Source of the DNA: a virus
Virus record (IMG/VR): IMGVR_UViG_3300022699_000302
Location: 96,001-160,000 of that record
Length of the DNA: 64,000 nucleotides
Reading direction: 5' to 3' (one strand)
The notes beneath the pieces are model-generated. The model ran no database searches. It had not been told where the DNA came from and saw only the letters and a list, made by a program, of their open reading frames with translations. This document shows, in pieces, positions 27,360-35,301 of the stretch. Both the position numbers and the translations under genes were made by a program. The stretch's first letter is position 1. Each line of letters starts with the position of its first letter.

Positions 27360-27389
27360 GGTATACCCGATGATGAAAAGGCCTGTCAA
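27360..27389 (-). promoter_or_regulatory. sigma70-like promoter of the Pth2-tRNA operon
   Basis: Minus strand TTGACA-18 nt-TATACC. Confidence 0.55.
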
Positions 27390-27391
27390 CA

Positions 27392-27400
27392 CTTTAGGCC
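27392..27400 (-). promoter_or_regulatory. GGCCTAAAG, variant of the promoter-like motif, copy 5
   Basis: TTTCGGCCTAAAG immediately upstream of the TTGACA box. Confidence 0.55.
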
Positions 27401-27410
27401 GAAAAACTCG

Positions 27411-27459
27411 AAAAAGGAGGAGGTAGGAGGGGACTCCGGGGTTACGGGAAGTCCCCTCC
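27411..27459 (-). terminator. probable terminator after the VWA gene
   Basis: Minus strand GGAGGGGACT...AGTCCCCTCC hairpin, then TACCTCCTCCTTTTT. Confidence 0.55.
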
Positions 27460-27488
27460 CCAGCTAGCCAGAAAGGGGGCGAAAGGGA

Positions 27489-28253
27489 TTAGCTGTTTTC
27501 CTCACTGCTCTTGGATGATTTGGCCGAGTCGGGGCCTGTATCCCCGGTCTCGCTCGGGGTGACCGCGTTTTCGAATTTCTCGAGAGCGTCTTTATCGACT
27601 TTCGTGCCGGCCTCGAGGTAGTCAGCTGCGTTCGAAGCAATGAGGTTGCTCTTCAGCAGTCGTTTCTGCGGTCCGCCGGCGTTGGCGTAATTCACGACCG
27701 ACTTACCGAACGCATCCATAGTGCCCTTGACGTTCTTCGATTGGAGGTGGGCTACGTTGCCTCTGCTGAGACCAAGTCCTTTTGATTCGTCCCAGGTCGA
27801 GATGTCAGAGCCCAGGAATGCGATCGACCAGTTCTCGTCGCTCTCACGGTCCTCGATCATCTTTTTGATGACAGCGGGATCCTTGATCTCTTGGGAACTG
27901 TTTTCTTGCCCATCAGTCATGACAGCGATGATGGATGTGGCCTCACCGAGCTTGTACTTCTTCGCCGCTTCTTCGGTGGTGGTGATGGCCCGGTGGACTG
28001 CGTCGAGCAGAGCCGTCGATCCTCGCGTGGTGTAGTTCTCCATGTTGAGGTCGGCTGCACTACGGATCGGCTGATCTTTGACCAGCTCGATGTACTCGTT
28101 ATCGAAAAGGATGATCGTGAGACGAACATCTTTGTCCTGAGCCTCTTTTTCGAGGCTGGACTTGAAAGCGTTGACCGACTCGATCACGTCCATACGTTGG
28201 GGCTCCATAGAGCCGGAGCGGTCGACCACAAGTGTGACGTATAATCTTTCCAT
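27489..28253 (-). CDS. von Willebrand factor A domain protein
   Basis: MIDAS motif VVDRSGSM, GSTALLDA, VMTDGQENSS. Confidence 0.88.
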   Translation of the reverse strand: MERLYVTLVVDRSGSMEPQRMDVIESVNAFKSSLEKEAQDKDVRLTIILFDNEYIELVKDQPIRSAADLNMENYTTRGSTALLDAVHRAITTTEEAAKKYKLGEATSIIAVMTDGQENSSQEIKDPAVIKKMIEDRESDENWSIAFLGSDISTWDESKGLGLSRGNVAHLQSKNVKGTMDAFGKSVVNYANAGGPQKRLLKSNLIASNAADYLEAGTKVDKDALEKFENAVTPSETGDTGPDSAKSSKSSEENS

Positions 28254-28436
28254 GCGTATCTCCTGAATCAGACCAAGCCCTTAGCGGTAGAGGATACCGC
28301 ATTCGGGCTTGAATTTGGGGATTGGGAATGAACGATTGTTCATAACCAGTATAGAAGAGGGAAGGCGGGCGAGGTGGTAGTGGAATCCCGCCTTCCCCCA
28401 TTGGCCTCGCTGGGCGCGTACTCTACGAAACCTAAG

Positions 28437-28727
28437 TTACTTCACAACAGAAAATTCGGGTGCCGGAGTTCTTTTTATCTTGAGCCCAGACATGACTGAC
28501 CCGTAGTTCCAGATACGCCGGAGATTGGTCGGGTCAAGAGCCGCTCTTTTGCTTCTTCGCCACAGAAACCTGATGAAACGCGGGGCTAGTCGTCCCCAGG
28601 CCCGGAGGCCGATAGCCATGGACTCCGGGAGAACGGAAGCGACAGCACGATTGATTGGCGGAATAGCAAGAGCGGCAGCAACTACCACCGACACGAACGC
28701 TACAATACTCAACATGGGATCCCTCAT
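28437..28727 (-). CDS. small membrane-anchored protein
   Basis: N-terminal hydrophobic helix, basic C-terminus. Confidence 0.55.
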   Translation of the reverse strand: MRDPMLSIVAFVSVVVAAALAIPPINRAVASVLPESMAIGLRAWGRLAPRFIRFLWRRSKRAALDPTNLRRIWNYGSVMSGLKIKRTPAPEFSVVK

Positions 28728-28738
28728 TTCGTAGAATA

Positions 28739-28838
28739 AAAAAGTGGAGAGAGGCCCCAGCGGGCGGGCAGGAGGACCTCTCTCCGAGAGCTTTCGCTCT
28801 CATGGAGCCGTCTGTACCGTGAAAACGACTCTCATCAA
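28739..28838 (-). ncRNA. candidate small structured RNA or attenuator leader
   Basis: Follows motif copy 6; hairpins GAGTCGT/ACGGCTC, GAGAGC-GAAA-GCTCTC, GGAGAGAGG/CCTCTCTCC + TTTTTT. Confidence 0.4.
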
Positions 28839-28840
28839 TC

Positions 28841-28849
28841 TCTTAGGCC
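28841..28849 (-). promoter_or_regulatory. GGCCTAAGA promoter-like motif, copy 6
   Basis: TTTCGGCCTAAGAG, divergent from TACACT at 28896. Confidence 0.65.
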
Positions 28850-28921
28850 GAAAGTCTAGCCTATTTTGGTTGAGGAACTAAACTGATGTCTCGCCTACAC
28901 TGATCGTCAGGAGACATCTTT

Positions 28922-30496
28922 ATGGACCAGGTGTTTTTTACCCAGTACGAAGTCGTTGACTACAACGACATGAACCGGCTGCATCAATCTCCCCAGGACT
29001 ATCTGGAGAGCGTGGTCGAGGCCTTCATCAATGACACTGGTGGAGATGCCTTATTCGGTACCGCTGGGTTCTCCTCAGCAATCATCGCTGGACCTCAGAT
29101 CGAGATTTCAGTCAATGCTCAGAGCTACGCAGCAGCCTCGCGTATCGGGCGTGTCCCCGGCACGGTATCGGCTCATTCGTCTTCAGCGCCGGCGGACACC
29201 CAAAGGTTCTATATCTATCTCGATGTAGTTGAAACAGAGATCACCGACACACGAGATATCGCTAACCCTACCACAGGTATCCGTACCCCAACATCTGTAG
29301 TTGTTCGGAAGGAAATCTCGCATAACGTTGTAGTTGTGGAGGTTGATCAAGGCGACCCCGAAGCACCTCCCACGATCGGCTCGATTGGAGCCGGTGTTGA
29401 GCGGTTGGGCTATATCAAATTGGGGTACGTTGATTACAACGAAGTCGGGGCGTCGAATACTGATGTCTTCAACTCAGCCGGGATATTCTCGACGCCGGGT
29501 GCCGTTGCTTTTGATGATCTGTCCGATGTCTCTGCCGCCGCTCCTTCTACTGGGGATCTGGCTCAATTCGGTGGATCTGACTGGGCTAACGTCACGGTTC
29601 TTGATGCGATAGGCGAAGCCCTGAAGCAGGTCAACGATTTTCGTTTGTCGCCCGGCTTCAATACCCAGGTTCCTGCCGAGACTGGGACGTCAAACGCGGT
29701 TTACATGGTGCCGTACAAGGGCGACACGATCGCGTTGTATGACGGCACCAAATACGTTCTGGTCAGAGAATCCAACTTCGCGACGATAAGCCTGGCCGGT
29801 CATACGGCCGATATCCCTGTGGATGTATTTGCCTACATCGACGGGGGCGGAAATCTGGCTATGGAGCTGCAGGACTGGGCGTCAGCCATTGCTCGCAGCG
29901 TAGGCCTCGCTTTGACTGACGGAGTCTTCACTAAGTCTGGGGATCAAACCCGCAGGTACATTGGAACGTTCGTTCCAGACAGCGCTACCTCGTTGGATTA
30001 CGACTTCAACCGGAAGACCATCTACAACTACTACAATCGTATCCAGGTAAGAGCTCTAGTTACACATTCAAGTCTTTCTTACCTTATTCCTGACACTGGT
30101 GGGTCTTATCGACAAGTCAATGCCGATCCGAACAACAAAATCGAGATGATCATTGGGATCGATGAAGACATTATCGAGCTCTGGGGCCAGATGACGTTCA
30201 TCATGAGCGACAACGGGGGAGCTGGATCTGCTTCAGGGTCTATAGGAATTGGGTTCGAGTCCACTACTGTCAGCGATGCGTGGGCTTCCAATTTTGTTCA
30301 GGTGGTCAACGGAGCGAATTTCCAGAATATAGGGTTCATTGCCCGGACAGAGTATACGGGGAGAATCTCTGAAGGATTCCGGGTGTTCAACTGGCTTGAA
30401 CAGGCCTCTCTGTCTGGAGGCGGCACTGTGAATGCTTTTGCTGGGGGCGGTGCCACAAAAACTCCTATGGCTTTTACCGCTACACTTCTGATGTAA
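28922..30496 (+). CDS. tail fibre / tail-associated protein
   Basis: AGGAG RBS; FRLSPG...YMVPYKGDTIALYDG segment resembles phage fibre domains; structural context. Confidence 0.65.
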   Translation: MDQVFFTQYEVVDYNDMNRLHQSPQDYLESVVEAFINDTGGDALFGTAGFSSAIIAGPQIEISVNAQSYAAASRIGRVPGTVSAHSSSAPADTQRFYIYLDVVETEITDTRDIANPTTGIRTPTSVVVRKEISHNVVVVEVDQGDPEAPPTIGSIGAGVERLGYIKLGYVDYNEVGASNTDVFNSAGIFSTPGAVAFDDLSDVSAAAPSTGDLAQFGGSDWANVTVLDAIGEALKQVNDFRLSPGFNTQVPAETGTSNAVYMVPYKGDTIALYDGTKYVLVRESNFATISLAGHTADIPVDVFAYIDGGGNLAMELQDWASAIARSVGLALTDGVFTKSGDQTRRYIGTFVPDSATSLDYDFNRKTIYNYYNRIQVRALVTHSSLSYLIPDTGGSYRQVNADPNNKIEMIIGIDEDIIELWGQMTFIMSDNGGAGSASGSIGIGFESTTVSDAWASNFVQVVNGANFQNIGFIARTEYTGRISEGFRVFNWLEQASLSGGGTVNAFAGGGATKTPMAFTATLLM

Positions 30497-30503
30497 GGAA
30501 CCT

Positions 30504-31121
30504 GTGGCTAATAAAGAGCTTATATCCATTCCGGGATTCGAGGCCTCTGGCGAAATCCTTCTGACTTACCACGATGCTGATACTGGCGAGGTGGCAGCAG
30601 AGGAACTGCGTAATAACCTAGTGGTTGATGACGCGTTTAAGATCATCCCGGCGGTTCTCGGTCGCGACACCAACAAGCAGATCGAGTTCATCTCGATCGG
30701 GACCGGCGGTGACTACGCGGTTCAGCCTGTTGGCCCCCCGGTCGACACCGGTACCCGCAATCCGCCGGACGTGACTGACATTGGGAACCGGGTTGAAATT
30801 TTTCGGGCTCCGATTCGTGCTGTAGATCTCCCCGCTTTGAACGCAGTAAAGTTCCTTGCTGTGCTTGAATCGGGTGATGCCAACTCCTCGAATATCGACG
30901 AATTTGCCCTTCTCAGCAGCGATGGAACCTGTTTTTCCCATGAAGTAAATGAGGAAAACCCTGTTGCCCCGAATCGAGCGATCAAGTTCACGAAGAACAG
31001 TGGATTGATCGTCGTGGTTCAGTGGACTATCAGCTTCTTCCGTTGCTCGGGGTCGGCTACACCTATCATGGTCAGCGGAAGTGGAGGCTCTACTGTAACG
31101 ATTTCACCGCCGATTCCGTAA
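30504..31121 (+). CDS. tail-collar / fibre-attachment-like protein
   Basis: NNLVVD...FISIGTG...EIFR...IDEFALLSSDG...KFTKNSGLIVVVQWTISF pattern. Confidence 0.65.
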   Translation: MANKELISIPGFEASGEILLTYHDADTGEVAAEELRNNLVVDDAFKIIPAVLGRDTNKQIEFISIGTGGDYAVQPVGPPVDTGTRNPPDVTDIGNRVEIFRAPIRAVDLPALNAVKFLAVLESGDANSSNIDEFALLSSDGTCFSHEVNEENPVAPNRAIKFTKNSGLIVVVQWTISFFRCSGSATPIMVSGSGGSTVTISPPIP

Positions 31122-31123
31122 CC

Positions 31124-31702
31124 ATGCCTGATATTACAACATCAAGTCTTCCCCTCGGATATGTAGGCCTCTCCTACAGTCAGACTATTTCTGCCATTAA
31201 AGTGGTGGGAATTGATGTGCTACGGGACTCCAGTTCTATTTCTGACGGAGGAACAGACTCAACCGGAGATCACCCCGATATCAACCCTTTCACTCTTCTC
31301 TATTCTTTAGCGTCGGATAGCGAAGACGATCTCGAGATCTTTTCGGTTACTATTTCTGGAGAAGTTAACTGCCTGACGTCCATTACAACCAATCCTAGCG
31401 GATCTGTAATCGATCCTGGTAGTAATGTAAATCTTGAGATCGAGGTAACTTCGATAACTCCCGGGCCGTTTTCTTTTATCCTCACCATTAATAGCGATGC
31501 AGATGGTGCTGAAGCGTCTTATACGATAACTGTTACTGGAGTGTGGATTGAGATCGATTTTTACGGGATCCTGGACGGAGGTTCTGTTGGAAGCAGACCT
31601 GCTCAAGAGGCCGTAGACGCATTACAGGAAGAAGGAAGTATCGGGCTCCGCGATGCTAACGAAGCAGTTGGTGACGTAATCGAGGGCGGGAGTGTTTCGT
31701 AA
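31124..31702 (+). CDS. Ig-like domain virion protein
   Basis: ITTSSLPLGYVGLSYSQTI (putative-Ig start); ATG 31124. Confidence 0.6.
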   Translation: MPDITTSSLPLGYVGLSYSQTISAIKVVGIDVLRDSSSISDGGTDSTGDHPDINPFTLLYSLASDSEDDLEIFSVTISGEVNCLTSITTNPSGSVIDPGSNVNLEIEVTSITPGPFSFILTINSDADGAEASYTITVTGVWIEIDFYGILDGGSVGSRPAQEAVDALQEEGSIGLRDANEAVGDVIEGGSVS

Positions 31703-31926
31703 TGACGGTTTCTTGGAAACAAAATCCCTCTATTCTGGTAACTAACGTTGGATCCGGTTCTAGAGGTGCTAACGATCCGGTCTTAGCGGTGATCAGCGAA
31801 GGTGGTCATGTCGGGTCACGAGATGTGTTTTTGTCGTCTGATGAAATCGAGGCAGAGGGCTCTGTCGGCAGCAGAGACGCAGTTATCGTCTCAGAAGTTG
31901 TAGTACCCGGCGGAAGCGTAACCTAA
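31702..31926 (+). CDS. small structural protein
   Basis: EGGxVGSR repeats shared with the end of the upstream gene. Confidence 0.55.
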   Translation: MTVSWKQNPSILVTNVGSGSRGANDPVLAVISEGGHVGSRDVFLSSDEIEAEGSVGSRDAVIVSEVVVPGGSVT

Positions 31927-31935
31927 GGAACAAGA

Positions 31936-32892
31936 ATGAGTCTTACTGCGTTAGCGCACACTTTTCATACAACGGCCCACCCATCCGCGAACAATATCGA
32001 GGGCTGGCTCAATGAGCTCTATGACACGCTCAACGGCAATATGACCGGTTGGGATGTCGGGAGGGAACAGCCCGGCGGCACAACAGAAGCCGTGTACTTC
32101 ACGCCTAAGGCCGGCACACAGGCTGAATCTGACGGTTTGCGCGTAATTCTTGCCGGAGCCGATTCCGGCTCTCCGACCCCTCCTCTGGGTCTGAACGAGT
32201 CGGCTTGGACTACTGGGCGGCTGTATATCGGCTTAGCTTACAACGGCGGGGCCTTCAACTCTGCCGGCAACGGTTGGCATGATTCCGCTCCTTTTACCAG
32301 CGGCCAATTCAGCGGCTATTTTGCTGTTGCCGATGATGCACAAAACTCCGTATCAACGTTCGAGCTTGCTGAGTCTGCGGAATCCATCCATTTACAGGTG
32401 ACCGATGGAAGCGCTGTTGAGGGTGGAGGTATAGCCGGAGCACTGATCGATGCTGAGAGCACAGCTGCGAGCAACTCTATCAATGCAGACGGCCGCGTAT
32501 TCGCTGTTATGACTACGTATTACACCCAACCGCCGGATTATCATGAGTTTGGTGTTTCTGTTTCTGCGTGGACCCATGGCAGTGGTTCTGCATCTAAAGC
32601 CGTGTTCCTTGAAACTGATGGGGTAACATGGGACAGCTTATTTGTCGGACCCAGGATATCTTCATCGAATATTCCTGATCCACGACAGATCAGCAGTAGA
32701 CCCTGGATGCTCCCGATTTATGTTTGGGAGCAGGATTCGCCATACCATATCTTGGGCCGTCTACGTGAGATCTATCTCGGCCCTCGGGCGATCAACCGAG
32801 ACCAGTTGTATGACGATGCGGGCAACGCTATCGCCAGACTTTGGGCGAATAGTTTCGCCGACGCCAGTCATAGCATTGCAATCAAATTCTAA
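31936..32892 (+). CDS. tail-associated beta-rich protein, paralog B1
   Basis: Collinear similarity to 32902..33843 (ELYxTLNGxMTxWDV, EAVYFTPKAGT, REIYxGP). Confidence 0.7.
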   Translation: MSLTALAHTFHTTAHPSANNIEGWLNELYDTLNGNMTGWDVGREQPGGTTEAVYFTPKAGTQAESDGLRVILAGADSGSPTPPLGLNESAWTTGRLYIGLAYNGGAFNSAGNGWHDSAPFTSGQFSGYFAVADDAQNSVSTFELAESAESIHLQVTDGSAVEGGGIAGALIDAESTAASNSINADGRVFAVMTTYYTQPPDYHEFGVSVSAWTHGSGSASKAVFLETDGVTWDSLFVGPRISSSNIPDPRQISSRPWMLPIYVWEQDSPYHILGRLREIYLGPRAINRDQLYDDAGNAIARLWANSFADASHSIAIKF

Positions 32893-32901
32893 GGAACGAA
32901 A

Positions 32902-33843
32902 ATGGCACTTGCGGCTTTAGCTCACGAAGACTACATCACCGGAGTCCCTTCTGCGAATACCATTGAGGAGTTTCTTAATGAACTCTACAGCACGCTCAAC
33001 GGCAGCATGACGCACTGGGATGTAGCGAGGTATCAAAATGTTGGGGTAACAGAGGCTGTTTATTTTACCCCTAAGGCCGGCACAGAAGCCGATAATGCGG
33101 ATCTCCGTATTATTATCGCCGGTGTCGATTCTGGTGCGCCTACGCCTACTATGGGTCCCCATTCTTCGTTCTCGACGGGAAAATTGCTTTTTGGGTTGGT
33201 TGTTGACGGGGGCGTATTCAATGCATGGGATGACCCCGATCCGTTTACCTCTGGTAATTTCTCCGGTTATTTAGTCGGCGGTGAAACCGCTGTTTCTATC
33301 GACCATTTTCTGGTAGCTGAATCTGCTGGAACGATTCTTGTATGCCCCCAAGATACCGGCGGGCGCAGCAGGGGAGGTGGATGGTTGGGCGCCGCTTTCG
33401 ATGCGGAAAGCACGCATGCTGCTAATTCTTTTGACGGAGATGGTCGGATCTACGCAGCAATGACTGGCGGGTACGATAATTATTGGTCTATGTATGACCT
33501 TGGTTCCGACCTTGTTCCTTTCACACATAATACTAGTACCCAGGAACCTAAAGCTGTGTTTCTGGACACAGGCGGGACTTGGTCCTCGCTGTGCCTGATA
33601 GGCGAGATGCCGAACGGCAACGATACCGACATGAGGCAGATCGATGATTCTCCTTGGTTGATCCCTATCTACGCGGCACAGGACTACGGAGTTCTTCACC
33701 TGTTGGGCAGAGCTCGTGAAGTCTACGTTGGACCTAAAGCACTCACAGAAGATGAGGTTTTTGATAGTGGGGCAACAGCAGTCGCCCGTCTCTTATCTTA
33801 TGAATCGGGCGGTTCGCGTGTGTCGTTAGCCCTGAAGTACTAA
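32902..33843 (+). CDS. tail-associated beta-rich protein, paralog B2
   Basis: Tandem duplicate of 31936..32892. Confidence 0.7.
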   Translation: MALAALAHEDYITGVPSANTIEEFLNELYSTLNGSMTHWDVARYQNVGVTEAVYFTPKAGTEADNADLRIIIAGVDSGAPTPTMGPHSSFSTGKLLFGLVVDGGVFNAWDDPDPFTSGNFSGYLVGGETAVSIDHFLVAESAGTILVCPQDTGGRSRGGGWLGAAFDAESTHAANSFDGDGRIYAAMTGGYDNYWSMYDLGSDLVPFTHNTSTQEPKAVFLDTGGTWSSLCLIGEMPNGNDTDMRQIDDSPWLIPIYAAQDYGVLHLLGRAREVYVGPKALTEDEVFDSGATAVARLLSYESGGSRVSLALKY

Positions 33844-33850
33844 GGCCGGT

Positions 33851-34642
33851 ATGGCGTCCACGTATACATGGACTCTTCAGTCGGGATCGATTCCGCCAGG
33901 AACCTCGCTATCACTCGGTGAGACCGATCTTGATATCACTCTCACAGGAACACCTACGACGACTGGTGTTTTTAATTTTGTTGTTAGAATAACTAACAAC
34001 ATCTCGGGGGCCTTTGACGACCAAGCCTACTCAGTGACGATCATTCCGGCCCCTGCGGGTCCCCAAATTGTCACGTCATCACTCCCTAATGGGATTGATA
34101 ACATTCCTTATAACAGTCCTGTCTATGCGGTACCGGGAGTAGATTACGGCCCGTTTACGTGGTCGTTAGATGCTGGATCTTTGCCTTCCGGTCTTTCTCT
34201 GGATACTGCTGAGATTGATTTAGATACATCAGTTTCTGGTATCCCCACTACGCCAGGCTCCTATAACTTTACTGTGAAGATCGAAGATTCGGCTTCGGGA
34301 AGCGATACTCAGCCCTACCTGGTCCTGATCGGTAACGATCTCGGTATACTGAAGTACAGGGTGTCCTGGGCTCAGGGAGCCGGGGCAACCTGCCGACTCT
34401 ATGTATCGTTGATCACAGGAGGTGATCAGGATCCACCACTGGAGCTTGCGAATAGAGGTGATTGGGCACTTTATCAGAACGGCTTTGCTCTAGCCGGACA
34501 AGGGACGATGAACACAGACGGTGAGATCACGTTCCAGTGGACAGAGAATGCACATTTAGAAGGAAGACTTCAGGCTATTATTCTACCCACCGGATCCCTC
34601 GGCATTTGTACAAACTCCCTGGTTTATCCGGCAAACCCATGA
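33851..34642 (+). CDS. putative-Ig (He_PIG-like) repeat virion protein
   Basis: YTWTLQSGSIPPGTSL...LTGTPTTTGVFNFVV and FTWSLDAGSLPSGLSL...SGIPTTPGSYNFTV. Confidence 0.75.
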   Translation: MASTYTWTLQSGSIPPGTSLSLGETDLDITLTGTPTTTGVFNFVVRITNNISGAFDDQAYSVTIIPAPAGPQIVTSSLPNGIDNIPYNSPVYAVPGVDYGPFTWSLDAGSLPSGLSLDTAEIDLDTSVSGIPTTPGSYNFTVKIEDSASGSDTQPYLVLIGNDLGILKYRVSWAQGAGATCRLYVSLITGGDQDPPLELANRGDWALYQNGFALAGQGTMNTDGEITFQWTENAHLEGRLQAIILPTGSLGICTNSLVYPANP

Positions 34643-35301
34643 GAAAACTAAGCCTCGCTATTGTTGTAACAGCTTTGGCCGGCTGTTGCTCGCTCCCTCT
34701 TCCGCCACTACCTCATCCCGAACCACTAGATCTCGAACCCGACGTACAGATCGAGCACTTGGTTGCATCCGACGAAGCCAACGATCATCGCTTCTCGGTT
34801 CGAGTGAAATTTTACGAGTGGACCTCGTATGAACACGTAATCCAAGAAGTCCATCTTCCCGGAGGTTCAACTCTGGTGGAGGTATTTCGTACACCTAACG
34901 GGCGACTGGAAAGGTGTCAAAGCGATCACCATCGAACAGACTGGGGCCCCGGTCACATCTACACTGGAACGTATGTGCGTCGCATGTTCGTATATCCTGG
35001 TAAGGTAGAAGGTGTTGACTGGACGTCGAAGGGATTCGCTCAGCTACCCCAGAACAAGGACGGTAGTGTAACTACTACCATTGGAGACGGGTTCAACTCC
35101 AGCTATCAAGAGAACCATGAGACTCGGGGAAGAGTAGTTGAGGCCGATCGTTCAGCGGGTTTCTGGTGGACAATCATCTACGAAAACGGCACAGTTCGAG
35201 TGGTAATACCAGACCTTCACGAGTACTCCCCAGAAGAGGTCGAGGATGACACAGACGAGGATCTTTCAGTTCCACGCGCCCGAGACGGCGAGGCGGCATA
35301 A
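34639..35301 (+). CDS. predicted lipoprotein within the tail-fibre cluster
   Basis: MRKLSLAIVVTALAG-C lipobox; ATGA overlap with upstream stop. Confidence 0.75.
   Translation: MRKLSLAIVVTALAGCCSLPLPPLPHPEPLDLEPDVQIEHLVASDEANDHRFSVRVKFYEWTSYEHVIQEVHLPGGSTLVEVFRTPNGRLERCQSDHHRTDWGPGHIYTGTYVRRMFVYPGKVEGVDWTSKGFAQLPQNKDGSVTTTIGDGFNSSYQENHETRGRVVEADRSAGFWWTIIYENGTVRVVIPDLHEYSPEEVEDDTDEDLSVPRARDGEAA

Noticed and set aside
28780-28840. Hammerhead ribozyme (TGATGAG...GAAA)
   Set aside because: The core reads TTGATGAG rather than CTGATGA, and the GAAA is a tetraloop of a separate hairpin, so the three-way junction does not form.
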